DNA of 64,000 nucleotides from NCBI RefSeq assembly GCF_006345805.1, contig NC_043007.1:12834001-12898000 (forward strand), written 5' to 3'. Shown here one piece after another: positions 12,455-24,252 of this stretch. The notes beneath the pieces are model-generated. The model saw nothing but the letters and a program-made list of their open reading frames with translations, was not told where the DNA came from and did not search any database. Within the stretch, counting starts at the first letter, position 1, and each line of letters begins with the position of its first letter. The stretch is from Octopus sinensis (taxonomy: Eukaryota). The translations under genes were made by a program, and so were the position numbers.

Positions 12455-12870
12455 GTTTCTTTATTGCCCATAGGGGGCTAAACATAGAGGGGACAAACAA
12501 ATAGATTAAGTCGATTACATAGACCCCAGTGTGTAACTGGTATTTAATTTATCGACCCCGAAAGGATAAAAGGCAAAGTTGACCTCGGCGGGATTTGAAC
12601 TCAGAATGTAGCGACGGGCAAAATACCGCGAAGCACTTCGCTCGGTGTACTAACGTCTCTGCCAGCTCGCCGCCTTGTTCCATTACATCATCATCATCAT
12701 CATTTAACATCTGTTTTCCATGCTGGCATGGGTTGGATGGCTTGACAGTAACTGGCAGGGCCAGGGACCGCATCAGGATCCATCATCTGCTTTAGCATGT
12801 TTTCTACACCTGGATGCCCTTCCTAACGCCAACCACTTTACTGAGTGCATTTTACTTGGCACCGGCACCC
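12455..12870 (-). mobile_element. Family A SINE followed by family B fragment
   Basis: Diagnostic bodies as above. Confidence 0.8.
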
Positions 12871-12919
12871 ATACCATTTACTTATAAAAATGTCAATGAG
12901 AATAATAAATTGTCGGCAT

Positions 12920-13235
12920 CTTGGGCAAGTGTCTTCTAATATAGCCTCGGGCTGACCAAAGCCTTGTGAGTGGATTTGGTAGAAACTGGAAGAAGCCCCT
13001 CGTATATATGTATATGTATGTGTTTTTATATGTTTGTGTTTGTCCCTCCAACATTGCTTGACAACCGATGATGGTGAGTTTACGTCCCCGTAACTTAGCA
13101 GTTTGGCTAAAGAGACTGATGGAATAAGTACTAGGCTTACAAAGAATAAGTCCTGGGGTCGATTTGCTCGACTAAAGGTGGTGCTCCAGCATGGCCACAG
13201 TCAAATGACTGAAACAAGTAAAAGAATAAAAGAAT
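12920..13235 (+). mobile_element. Family C SINE (5'-truncated)
   Basis: Body to GGTGCTCCAGCATGGCCACAGTCAAATGACTGAAACAAGTAAAAG tail. Confidence 0.8.
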
Positions 13236-13732
13236 ATGCACTGTAAACAGCAAAATTCAAAACAATGACTCGAGTGTTTATTCTTAATGCATTCAGACAA
13301 GGTTGTGCCCCAGCATGGCCAAAGTCCAGTGACTAAAATAATTAGAAGATAAAAGATAAAATGCAGATTCAGGTGTGAATATGCTAATTGCTGTCATGTT
13401 TGTCACTGAACAACTTTTCTTTAATGCACAAGTGACCTTGGAACAGCCAGTATTTCAACGTTGCTGTGTCTTATCAGTCAGAGGCATCCCTGAATAATGA
13501 ATCTAACTAGAATCGCAGCTCTTGCTTATAACTTCAGTAAACAAAATCATTTGCTGATACATGCCAACAGATAATAAACTGTTGTATTCACAGTGGACGG
13601 CAAGAATCAGAAATGTTCTTTGCTTTAAAGAAACAAATGTGTTATAAACTCACTTTCATGGTAAAAAATGTTGTTTCCCTGTGACAAAACACAACAGTGA
13701 CCTGCATATTCATGTTCAAATCTGCCAGAATG

Positions 13733-13965
13733 TCATCATCATCATCATCGTTTAACGTCCGCTTTCCATGCTAGCATGGGTTGGACGAATGACTGAGGGC
13801 TGGTGAACCAGATGACTGCACCAGGCTTCAATCTTGATCTGGCAGAGTTTCTACAGCTGGATGCCCTTCCTAATGCCAACCACTCTGAGAGTGTAATGGG
13901 TGCTCTTAACACCCTACTAGCACGGGTCTCGAGTGCCAGTAAGGCGACGCTGGTAACGATCACGC
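13733..13965 (-). mobile_element. Family B SINE-like repeat
   Basis: CATCATCATCGTTTAACGTCCGCTTTCCATGC... Confidence 0.8.
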
Positions 13966-14115
13966 TCAAAAGTCATTATGAAAATAGTTCTCCTACCAGT
14001 TTCTCTGGTGACTTTCCATCTGTTTGCATGCACAACTTTTTGTATGAACAAATCTCCCTGGGTCTTTTCTCGGAAACCATATTATTCACCACCCCTAATG
14101 TATGAATTTTTTAAT

Positions 14116-14709
14116 TCCATTTTCTGGTGCTTATAAAGATGTTAGAGTGTGATTTGAGGGATATTTGGCTGCTGTTTGTAGCAAATTAAACAACCACATA
14201 GAGGCTCCATCAATGTTTCATAAACTACAGTTTAATACTGTTCTATATTTTGTGGATGAGGAATTTTGTACATCACAGATTCACTGAGCTATGTAACAAC
14301 CATTTCTTTGACCAAACTTGAATTTCTCATTCTACAAGCAAGTGCCCCAAATTTATACATCAACATATGCTCTTGGTTGTCGCTCAATCAGCTAGAAATA
14401 GCAGCCAGTTACTACTCAGATTTTACCCTTCTTTCTTAAAAATAGGGAAGATATATATTCCAAGAATCTTTGATCACAAGTATTGTGTGATTAATAAATG
14501 TTCTCTGAAATCTTTGCTACAAACTTTTAACCCCTGAAGCATAAATTTTTTATATCCATTTTCTGGTGCTTATAAAGATGTTACTGTGTGATTTGAGGGA
14601 TATTTGGCTGCTGTTTGTAGCAAATTAAACAACCACATAGAGGCTCCATCAATGTTTCATAAACTACAGTTTAATACTGTTCTATATTTTGGGGATGAGG
14701 AATTATGTA
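14116..14709. repeat. ~155-bp near-identical direct repeat (14116-14270 and 14555-14709)
   Basis: TCCATTTTCTGGTGCTTATAAAGATGTT...GATGAGGAATT present twice, 439 bp apart. Confidence 0.9.
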
Positions 14710-14743
14710 TATTATTTACAATGGACGGATTGGTATCCTCACC

Positions 14744-15204
14744 TTATTTGGGCATGGATACTTTGAAACTCCGACGTCTGGCGGCTGACTTGACAGACAC
14801 CCGCAAAATTATTAACCATCTTACAAACAATAACCCTGAGCACCTTTTCAAACTCCACCTGTCTAACACCTGTGGACATGTTTAGAAAGTCAGAAAACAG
14901 CACAGCTCCCAATGACTTTCGGAAACATTTTTTCATACTAAGAATTGCTGAAGCATGGAACAAACTTTCGGCATTATTTGTTAGTTGTTGGAACACTGCA
15001 TCCTTCAAAACTTCCATGCTTCCTGAGATTCGCCAACACTACACCTGATTTTCTCCCCTCCATACACACGCAAGCATGTATCTGACTCATACACTGTTCA
15101 CTTTCCAGACATTTGTACATTACTGCATATGCTTTATACACACTTTTGACAAGTTGTGGTGCATCTGAGCATTGTATACAATAATTTCATTATTATTATT
15201 ATTA
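14744..15204 (+). mobile_element. 5'-truncated CR1/L2-group LINE 3' end
   Basis: GMDTLKLRRLAADL...KII...F.L..SNTCGH...RKHFF.LRIAEAWNKL...FKTS, then 3' UTR and (ATT)n tail. Confidence 0.85.
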
Positions 15205-15248
15205 TACAATGTTTCAGCTGATGTTCTCTCCAGCCTTCATCAGGTGTC
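15203..15248 (-). ncRNA. Minimal hammerhead motif, same family as 7213-7258 (intronic, antisense)
   Basis: Reverse complement GACAC-CTGATGA-A-GGCTG...CAGCT-GAAAC AT T-GTAT; core boxes intact, stems I and III decayed. Confidence 0.5.
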
Positions 15249-15618
15249 CTGGTGGAATTTCGAATCCAAACTTTTATTTGACTAATGGGATAATCTGTTC
15301 TCTTTCCTAAGGTATTCTTTATTTTGCTGATGTTATTTTTCTGTTAATATTATTTTTCAAGTCCATGCCTGGGATTGAACTTAGAATCCAAAGGTTAGTA
15401 GCTTGTGCTCTTATCTAGCAGAACAACAGCTGAAACGAGGACAGCTATCCATCTATTGTAAATAATGAACTACAGTTTAGTTTTAATGAGTAGAGTATTC
15501 AGCACCAAGCCATTTATCGGTTTGATTATTACTCAGTCACAATATTGGTGAGTAGATTCTCTTTCAAAAATTGATCTATTGTAATTATCATCATGTTATT
15601 CTATTTTTCTTTTAATAG

Positions 15619-15743
15619 GACGGTTTAGAGTCTTGGAGTACAGGACAAGGTATTTCTAGTCTTATTGAATCTTTGGAAGGATGTACTTCTACTGCCACTA
15701 CCACAACTGCCCTGCGTATTCCAACATGTGAAGAATCTCCGAG
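15619..15743 (+). CDS. Coding exon 6 (DGLESWSTGQGISSLIESLEG...EESP)
   Basis: TTTTAATAG acceptor, AG|GTAACT donor, phase 0 in and phase 2 out, open frame. Confidence 0.8.
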
Positions 15744-16548
15744 GTAACTTCCAAGTTTATTAGCAAAATCCTGGTCTACGAAGTCGGTTGAAATTTATTT
15801 CATTTAATCCTTTCGTTACCGTATTTATTTTGAGATGGTCTGTGTTTCTTTCAATTAATTTTGAATATAATAAAGAATTTAGTAAAATAACTTAGTTATC
15901 ATTAAGCTGGTGTAAGGAAATAAATTGTGAATAAGGTTTGGTGGAAGATTTTAATTCAAAACTTATGAAAACAAGACATTTGTACTACAGAGTGAGAGGT
16001 GGTTTCAACCATGTTGGTAATGAAAGGGTTAAGCTATTCTATTGTTTAAGAACTTTTGGTTTTTATTTAATTGTTGAAGCTGTCAAAAGAATCCCAGACT
16101 TTAAGAACTGTTCTAAAATTATTAATGTACTTACTTTCTACTTAGGCCCTTCGATCCCTGTGTAACATTGATCATGGACAACTATTCTCCACTGTGTTCA
16201 ACTCTGAGCTGTCTTTTCCTCTCTCAGTTTGTGTTGGTTTTGAATTGTCATTTTATCAAGTATTCTAATAATTCTGCCACCATCTTCAGCCCTTAAGCAT
16301 TTAAACTGGCCATAACCAACCCAAATATTCTTTCGACCTGTTTTCTGTTCAAGCTGGCTAGATCCAACCTCTCACACCTACCTTTCCATGTCATTCTGAA
16401 AATATACAATCACATTTCAAAGCTTCAAGATAATGCATGATTAAAACAAAACTATATGGATAAAGAAGCATTATATTTTGCAGAGTAATCTGATTGCTAA
16501 AAGAATAATTTGTATGTAAAACATTGTGCTACTTTTTTTCTATTTCAG

Positions 16549-16702
16549 TTTTACATCTTCATATGTGAAATCACCAACACCATTTAAAAAAGCCTATGTC
16601 GAACCAGAACATTCTGATGGAATTTTAAAATCCTTGTCTTGGTTGTGGAGAACTAACAAACTTTGTGATGCCGTTATTTGTAGCGGAGAGACAAAGATTA
16701 TG
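16549..16702 (+). CDS. Coding exon 7, start of BTB/POZ domain (HSDGILKSLSWLWRTNKLCDAVICSGETKIM)
   Basis: TTTCAG acceptor, ATG|GTAAAT donor; typical BTB N-terminus 'H...L..L......CD..I'. Confidence 0.88.
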
Positions 16703-16943
16703 GTAAATATGATTGTTTGTTAAAAGTTTGTGGGGAATAAGAAACTGTCATTGTTATATTTGAGATTTTAAGCACCATTTGAGCATAGCTGATGCCAATG
16801 TCAGTAGCACTTAAAAAGAACCATTCAAGCGTGGTCAATGCTAGTTCCACCTGGTGGCATGTGAAAAGCACCATTCGAGTATGGTTGATGCCAGTGCCAC
16901 CTGATTGACATGTAAAAGGCGCTGTTCAAGCATGGTCAATACT

Positions 16944-17175
16944 TATTTCTTTACTACCCACAAGGGGATAAACACAGAGAGGACAAACAAGGACAGACAA
17001 ATGGATTAAGTCAATTATATCGACCCCAGTGCGCAACTGGTACTTAATTTATCGACACCGAAAGGATGAAAGGCAAAGTCGACCTCGGTGGAATTTGAAC
17101 TCAGAACGTAGCGGCAGACGAAATACTGCTAAGCATTTCGCCTGGCGTGCTAACGTTTCTGCCAGCTCGCCGTCT
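16944..17175 (-). mobile_element. Family A SINE
   Basis: Full-length body. Confidence 0.85.
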
Positions 17176-17394
17176 TAATGGCCAATACCAGTACTACCTG
17201 ACTTGCTCCCATGAGGGTAGCACATCAAAAGCACCATTTGAGCATGGTCGATGGTGGTGGTTTGTTTTGCTATAGTTAATTGTATATAGTATAGATATAT
17301 GTTTTGCTGTTTTAGTTAATTGCTTGTATAATTATAATTGTATATAGGGCAACCTGCTATACTTGAGGAGACCTGTTGAGTCAAGTACATCAAA

Positions 17395-17745
17395 ATCAAA
17401 ATCAAATGGAAATTGTAGTTGTGATACCCATGCTGGTGGCACGTAAAAAACATCATCCGAATATGGCTGATGCCAGTGCCTCCTTGACTGGCGTTCGTGC
17501 CAGTGGCACATAAAAAGCACCAACCGATCGTAGAAGTTGCCAGCCTCCTCTGGCTTCTGTGCTGGTGGCACATAAAAATCACCCCTACACTCATGGAGTG
17601 GTTGGCATTAGGAAGGGCATCCAGCTGTAGAAACACTGCCAGATCAGACTGGAGCCTGGTGCAGCCTCCTGGCTTCCCAGATCCCGGTCGAACTGTCCAA
17701 CCCATGCTAGCATGGAAAACAGACGTTAAACGACGACAACAACGT
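17395..17745 (+). mobile_element. Family B SINE-like repeat
   Basis: Body ending GACGTTAAACGACGAC. Confidence 0.8.
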
Positions 17746-17806
17746 CGTCGTTGTTGTTACATAATTACAGTTGTGTATGTTAGCTACTTGTTTGTAATAT
17801 AATTAA

Positions 17807-18020
17807 ACAGGGCAGCAAGCTGGCAGAATTGTTAGCACACCAGGTGCAATGCTTAGTGATATTTCATCTGCTGTTACATTCTGAGTTCAAATTCCGCTGA
17901 GGTCGACTTTGCCTTTCATCCTTTTTCGGGATGGGGTCAATGTAATCAACTTAATCCCTTTGTCTATCTTTGTTTGTTACCCTCTATGTTTAGCCCCCTC
18001 TGGACAATAAAGAACTAAAT
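17807..18020 (+). mobile_element. Family A SINE (forward orientation)
   Basis: GGCAGCAAGCTGGCAGAA...GTTCAAATTCCGCTGAGGTCGACTTTGCCTTTCATCC. Confidence 0.8.
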
Positions 18021-18122
18021 ATAATTAATCATATTTACTTGAAAAAATTCTTAATGAAGTAAACAAAATGGCTGACTATTTGCTTTTAAATAATCTGAAC
18101 ATTTTCTTTTTATCTTTTACAG

Positions 18123-19145
18123 CTTCATCGACTGATTTTATTTGCTGTGAGTCCTCATCTGCTTGAGAAAAACATAAGAGACGGTGCGGAGCTTGAAGTG
18201 AATCTTCCGTCTGGCATCAACGATGAAGCTCTTGCCACCTTTGTAGCTTTTCTTTACGATGGAGTGTTGAACTTAACCGAGTACAATTACAAAGACATTG
18301 AACGTGTTGCTAATTTGCTGAAAGTAGAGAAAGTTCAGCGATATTGTCGAGAATTTTCTTCCAGTTTAGCTGAGTATAAGCTTCATCTGCAGCTTCCGAT
18401 AACCATGCCTTCTTTGATCGAAAATTACAGCCAGGAATATGCTGGCAAACGGAAAAGAGGGCGCCCTAGCAAACAGACTGTAATTCTTAATTTAGGGGAC
18501 GACCATAGTCTGGCTGATAGAATAGACCCTAATCATTATCAGCATTCTGCAGATCTTACGAGTTACCATAACATTGCTCTTGCGAGTCCTGCTGCTTCGG
18601 CAATGTCTAGACTCCACCCTGGGAGTGACATGCCTGTCGTGTTTCCTGATAGTCAAGAATATTGTCTTCCGTCCACGAGTCAAAATGCTCAGATTTTCAC
18701 GACTCCCCAAGGACAGGTCAAAACAGAACCGTACCAGCATTCTTCAGAGTTTAATTCTTCCATTCAGCTTAGTCAGAAAAAGCAAAGTACTGACCAGATT
18801 AGTTCCTATTTGTCACAAGAAGGTAAAAGTTATGAGAACGACCTTCAAGACCAAAGTACTGAACACATTAACAACAACTGCAGCACAACCACCGTTCCTA
18901 GCAACAACAGCGATGGAGACAGTGGGGAAGATAAACAGATGAACCATTCTATTCACGATAACCAATCTTCACAGAAAAACAATGAAAGAAAATCTCCAAA
19001 TAAATCGTTAAGTCCCGAATTATCAAAAGCAGACTTGAGTTCAACTGAAGTCCTACAGCAAACATCCTCACCGTCTCCTTTTCCTGTTACTTTGGTGCCA
19101 ACATCGGGTGACGCATTCTCCCTCTATTCTCTTGCATCAAACTGA
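18123..19145 (+). CDS. Terminal coding exon 8: rest of BTB (LHRLILFAVSPHL...FVAFLYDGVLNLTEYNYKDIERVANLLKV), AT-hook KRKRGRPSK, S/Q/N-rich tail
   Basis: TTTTACAG acceptor ending 18122, in frame with the 332-aa ORF, TGA at 19143-19145; BTB hallmarks HRxIL and FLYDG.L.L. Total spliced CDS 2301 nt = 766 aa plus stop. Confidence 0.9.
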   Translation, partial: LHRLILFAVSPHLLEKNIRDGAELEVNLPSGINDEALATFVAFLYDGVLNLTEYNYKDIERVANLLKVEKVQRYCREFSSSLAEYKLHLQLPITMPSLIENYSQEYAGKRKRGRPSKQTVILNLGDDHSLADRIDPNHYQHSADLTSYHNIALASPAASAMSRLHPGSDMPVVFPDSQEYCLPSTSQNAQIFTTPQGQVKTEPYQHSSEFNSSIQLSQKKQSTDQISSYLSQEGKSYENDLQDQSTEHINNNCSTTTVPSNNSDGDSGEDKQMNHSIHDNQSSQKNNERKSPNKSLSPELSKADLSSTEVLQQTSSPSPFPVTLVPTSGDAFSLYSLASN

Positions 19146-19168
19146 AACCATTATACAAAACTGACAAA

Positions 19169-19689
19169 AATAAAACATAAATGAAATTTTTTCCTCATGA
19201 GACCAATATCAACTGAAATTCCTTTCACATTCAGAGACCAATTTTGGACATATCATCTTTTTGCTTCCTATTCATTTATATATGTGTGTACATTTGTGGT
19301 TGTTGACATAAATGCATAACTATCTATCAACATATCTATAATATATATATACACATATATATGTATGCACACATATATATGTATATGTATGTATGTATAT
19401 TGCTTTGTTCATCCATTCACTCATTCATACATTCATTTGAATCTAAAGTTTTACTCCATCACTATTCCAATTTTCTGGTATCACATCACATTATAAAAAC
19501 AACCGTGGGTTCCAGTATCTAAAAACACGTTTGAATATGGTACAAGAAACCCTCAGAAACATCAAACAGAAGACTATATTATCTGGTGTAATATATATAT
19601 ATATATAGGTTTATAAATATATGTATATGTTTTACACACACACACACACTCACTCACACACATAGATATAGATATTAAGGTTTAATAAA
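19169..19689 (+). terminator. Candidate polyadenylation signals of the BTB gene
   Basis: AATAAA at 19169-19174 and 19684-19689, the latter followed by a GT/T-rich tract. Confidence 0.45.
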
Positions 19690-19862
19690 TGTGCTTGTAA
19701 ATATGTAAATTATTAGTTTCTTTGTGTATGACTGTATTTCCATTTATGTGTGTGTGTGTGTAGAAGAAGCATTTCCGACGTAAAAGCAAAAACCTGGAAT
19801 TGAAAACCCTTAAAGAAAATTTAACAAAGATGGGAGTTTGAAAAAAGAAAAGACCTTGATAC

Positions 19863-20150
19863 CTATTTCTTTACTACCCACAAGGGGCTAAACACAGAGA
19901 GGACAGACAAACAGATTAAGTCGATTATATCGACCCCAGTGCGTAACTGGTACCTAATTTATCGACCCCAGTGCGTAACTGGTACCTAATTTATCGACCC
20001 CAGTGTGTAACTGGTACCTAATTTATCGACCCCGAAAAGATAAAAGGCAAAGTCGACCTCGGCGGAATTTGAACTCAGAACCTAACGGCAGACGAAATAC
20101 GGTTACGCATTTCGCCCGGCATGCTAACGTTTCTGCCAGCTTGCCGCCTT
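19863..20150 (-). mobile_element. Family A SINE with an internal 32-bp triplication
   Basis: TCGACCCCAGTGCGTAACTGGTACCTAATTTA repeated three times. Confidence 0.85.
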
Positions 20151-20553
20151 TATACCTATATAAAGACCTTGATACCATCAGCAAAATAGCTGTACTCAGT
20201 ATGCAGAAAAGAAGCAAGTAGAAATTCCATTCGGTGTACCCAGCATAAGTAGTGGAAATACAAGGGGTGTGATAGGATTGGAGGTAGGTGAACAGAGAAG
20301 GCTGAAAATACCTGAAAAGCTTTCCTAGTTGTTGATAGCTTTTATTACCTAGGTGACCTAATTAATAGGTAGGGACATGTTCTGAAAGTTTAGCAGCTAG
20401 AGTAAGAACAGGTTGGATAAAGTTTCTCTACATCACTTGAATAATCCCAGGAAAGCAAAGAGCCGATCTGTTTATATGCAAAACAAATTCATTAGCTACA
20501 GAAAACTGAAGCTATTAATTTACTTACCCTAAGTTTTCAGTCCTTTATTTTTC

Positions 20554-21068
20554 ACTAGCAGTATCGCCCGGCGTTGCTCGGGTTTGTAAGGGAAATAACT
20601 ATATAAGCATTTTTAGAGAGTTACTGCCCTTATAGATGCCAATTTGGGCTTTCTTAGCCATTTCTGTTTTGGTGTCTTCAAACCATGAAGTCGTTGTTCT
20701 AAAAGAACGCTGGTCTCCTTGACAACGCTTTACGGCGTTGATTTCCTTACACTCCCTTCCCCACAGCTTCACGAGGGAGGGAAGAAGGGGGAGAAGCAAA
20801 CAGGTGCAGGTGTAACCATGGACGCCAACTCCGCCGCCATCGACACACGAAAAATTATGCATTAAAATGGAATAAAAAATGATGTTAAATTATTTTTAAA
20901 ATCGTAGACTCATCGTAGACGCGCGCTAATACTCAGACGGGCTCGATATGAATCACGACTATAAGATACCCGAATTTGGTTAAACTGCACCGCAAAATGT
21001 GGGAGTAGTTAGGAATCTAAATCGAAGGGGACAGACACTCACACAACTACAGTTTTATATATATAGAT
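20554..21068 (+). mobile_element. Non-autonomous Helitron-like (Lep1/HINE-type) element
   Basis: Starts ACTAGCAGTATCGCCCGGCGTTGCTCGGGTTTG, ends ACAGACAC...TTTTATATATATAGAT. Confidence 0.65.
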
Positions 21069-21434
21069 ACTAGCAGTATCGCCCGGCGTTGCTCAGGTTT
21101 GTAAGGGAAATAACTATAAAGCATTTTTAGAGAGTTATAGCCAAAAAATGATGGTAAATTTTTTTTTGAGATTTAAAAAAGGTGGAGTTGCGTCCCCTAG
21201 ACAGTTTGTGGTTTGTGTTTCTCATTCTCGACCCCATGTCGAATTTATCGATTTTTTTCAGAACTGGGGGAACTTTTCAAAATTTTCGCTGCGTTAGTTT
21301 TGAATTATGACATTGGGCTATGTGTGTGTCAAGTTTCATCAGAATCGGTTGAAAGCCGTGGTCAGGGTGAGGGTACAAGCAAACAGACACACAGAAACAC
21401 GCACAGACAAACTGCCGTTTATATAGAGAGAGAT
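21069..21434 (+). mobile_element. Second Helitron-like element, head-to-tail with the first
   Basis: Same 5' terminus starting immediately after AGAT; ends TTTATATAGAGAGAGAT. Confidence 0.65.
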
Positions 21435-22315
21435 TAGCGGCCTATTAATGGGGTACTTAGTGCAGACAGTATCAAGGAATGATATAATAGATGCAACCTA
21501 TGTGGTAAACTCCTGCATCGGTTTCTCCTCGTTCCATTTTTTTTTCCCAAAGAATTGAAGGAATTAAACGAGTTATCGTTTAATTCCTTCAATACAATTT
21601 AGCGGTAATGATGAAATTATTAAAATATAATGTCACTGGATTATTCAAGAAAACATTACACTTTCAGATGACGAAGTGTATTAAACAGAATTACTTGTTT
21701 ATGAATTATCGTGTAAGTGGTTGAGTATTCCACAGACCCATGTACACTTATCGCAATTCTCATGCAGAATGGATGTAATGCAATGTGCCACAAAGCTGTG
21801 CTTTTTGAATTACGTGTGCAATCTTCCCGACGATTTTTTTACAGTTTTCGTCTACCCATTTTCTTTTAGAAGATATACCTCGTCCCAAACAATAAGAAGT
21901 GACATTTGCCCAAGTTACCAAAAAGTGAGATTGAACCCGGAACATTGGAGTTGCGAAGCGGGCGTCATACACGTTCGGCCATACAGTATTTACTTATGGG
22001 AAATAACTCTCAGATAAGCAGAAGTTTCTTTAGAGTTATTTCCCTTGCCTGAATAATTTCAGAAATTTACGAAAATACGTTGTTTACGAACGATTTTATT
22101 TTCTCAAACGTAGAAGCATTTAGGAAGTCACAAAATAATGCGAGGAGAGGGGCAAAAAGAAGCTTAAAATTATATACAAATAATGGGAAAACGAAAATTG
22201 ATTAGTCTGGGGGAATTAATTTAAAACTGGAAAATCATAATTTCTAACGAAGTGAGTTTAACAGTTCAAAATTATCAAATTGTCGAGACACTCATCAGTA
22301 AAAGTTAAGAATTCA

Positions 22316-22347
22316 TATGAAGGGGTGCTGAAAAGTTCCTGGCTTTA
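22316..22347. mobile_element. Isolated mariner-type terminal inverted repeat fragment
   Basis: TATGAAGGGGTGCTGAAAAGTTCCTGGCTTT resembles mariner TIRs; no partner end found. Confidence 0.4.
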
Positions 22348-22424
22348 AGGGCCGCTCCCCTTAAATTTCAGGCCTAGTGCCTATAGTAGAAAGGATTATT
22401 ATTATGATCATTATCATTATTATT

Positions 22425-22895
22425 GTTGTTGCTTTTGTTATTATTATTATTATTATTATTGGGTGAGAGAGCAGTGCATGCCATCAAAGTGACACTGGAA
22501 TAAAATATACGAAGCCCAGTATACCCATCATGACTACCCGTCTGATAAGGGTACACCAGGCACATGCATCACAACCATATGTGCGCGACATGGTGATCTC
22601 ATATCAAGATAAACAGCACATGACCTTGCAGGTGGGGCCCAGTTAGAATTTTCTTCTGGTTGAATAACCCATCCCGCTCAAAAGGTCCCTCAATAAGGAT
22701 GTTGAACGAACCACCCATGTTTTCAAAGGTGAATTATTCAAACCCCAAAGAATTCCTTTCAACACATGGCTATGATGCTCCCCCACTACTTCTGCTCGTG
22801 ATCAGAGATGCACATATCATCAGCCACTAAGGGACATGCTCAAGTGGTTAAGGTCAAACAACTGACAAGCAAATCTGTAGTATTGAGCAGAATAT
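22425..22895 (-). mobile_element. LINE-like 3' fragment with (TAA)n tail
   Basis: (TTA)n run at 22395-22460 followed by a non-coding body; family assignment uncertain. Confidence 0.5.
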
Positions 22896-22914
22896 TTATA
22901 TATATATATATATA

Positions 22915-23322
22915 TACTCTTTACTTTTTTACTTGTTTCAGCCATTTGACTGTGGCCATGCTGGAGCACCGCCTTTAGTCAAGCAAATCGACCCGGGACT
23001 TATTCTTTGTAAGCCCAGTACTTATTCTATCGGTCATTTTTGCCGAACCGCTAAGTGACGGGGATGTAAATACACCAACATCGGTTGTCAAGCAATGATA
23101 GGGAGACAAACACAGACATACAAACACATACACACACACATATATATATATATACATATATACGACGGGCTTCTTTCAGTTTCCGTCTACCAAATCCACT
23201 CACAAGGCATTGGTCGGCCCAGGGCTATAGCAGAAGACACTTGCCCAAGATGCCACGCAGTGGGACTGAACCCGGAACCATGTGGTTGGTTAGCAAGCTA
23301 CTTACCACACAGCCACTCCTGC
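22915..23322 (-). mobile_element. Family C SINE
   Basis: Reverse complement of the 10613-11110 body. Confidence 0.85.
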
Positions 23323-23875
23323 GCTCTGTTGTTTTTCCATTGAGAAGTAATATTTTTTTCTCACCGCATCTTTATTCCTCGTCTTGATTTTTAGTTCCCC
23401 TTGCGTTAAACACACTAAGACTCACTGATATATTTTTTATTAGCTTTCGTTGCCAGTCTCGTAAATAAATTTCGTAGATAAATATCTCTTTAAAGAAGAA
23501 TGAAAGGGAAAAAAAGCACGTTAACGAATTGGGCTTCTTTGAATAATATCCGATTTGACAGAAGGAAGTCGTTTAATTCCCATGTATATTATAAATACTC
23601 CAAAATATCGGTGGAAAGCGTGAATTTATTATCTGTGGACTTGATTTAAGGTTTGTGAGAAAATGTACTTTGACATATAATACAACCTTTGTACATCGAC
23701 TCCGGTTGTTAAAAAAATTCGCTCAGTCAGCAGAGGTAAATTATAAAAAATATATCTTTGAAAGACATCAACAAATAACGGAGGAAACGGGACCGTTTCT
23801 AAAACTTTCGAATACAAGTGTATATTACATATAAGTATATGTGTATGTATTAACTTTGTGTGTGTGTGTGTGTGG

Positions 23876-24120
23876 TCATCATCATTATCATCACGATCAT
23901 TAAACGTCCGTTTTCCATGCTGGCATGGGTTGGACGGTTTGACTGAAAGTTGGTGAGCAGGGGAGCTGCCCCAGTTTCCAGTCTGTTTTGACTTGGTTTC
24001 TACGGCTGGATGCCCTTCCTAACGCCAACCACTCCAAGACTTTTACGTGCCACCGGTACGGGTGCCTTGGACATGACACCCGCATCAGCCACGACAACGA
24101 TCTCATTTGACAGGTTTTAC
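23876..24120 (-). mobile_element. Family B SINE-like repeat
   Basis: CATCATCAT...AACGTCCGTTTTCCATGCTGGCATGGG. Confidence 0.75.
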
Positions 24121-24252
24121 AAGCACGGTATATCGCCTAAGGTCTCGGTTACCAGTCACTGCCTCACACACACATCCCTTAAAAGAAATTTCCGGACTCC
24201 AAGTCAATTGTCAATTTTTCCCCAGTTTAATAAATATGTACTGTGCGTGTGT

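Noticed and set aside
14604-14885. 93-aa ORF as an extra exon of the BTB gene
   Set aside because: It is a chimera of the direct repeat and the CR1/L2 LINE fragment, and exons 5 and 6 already join in phase.
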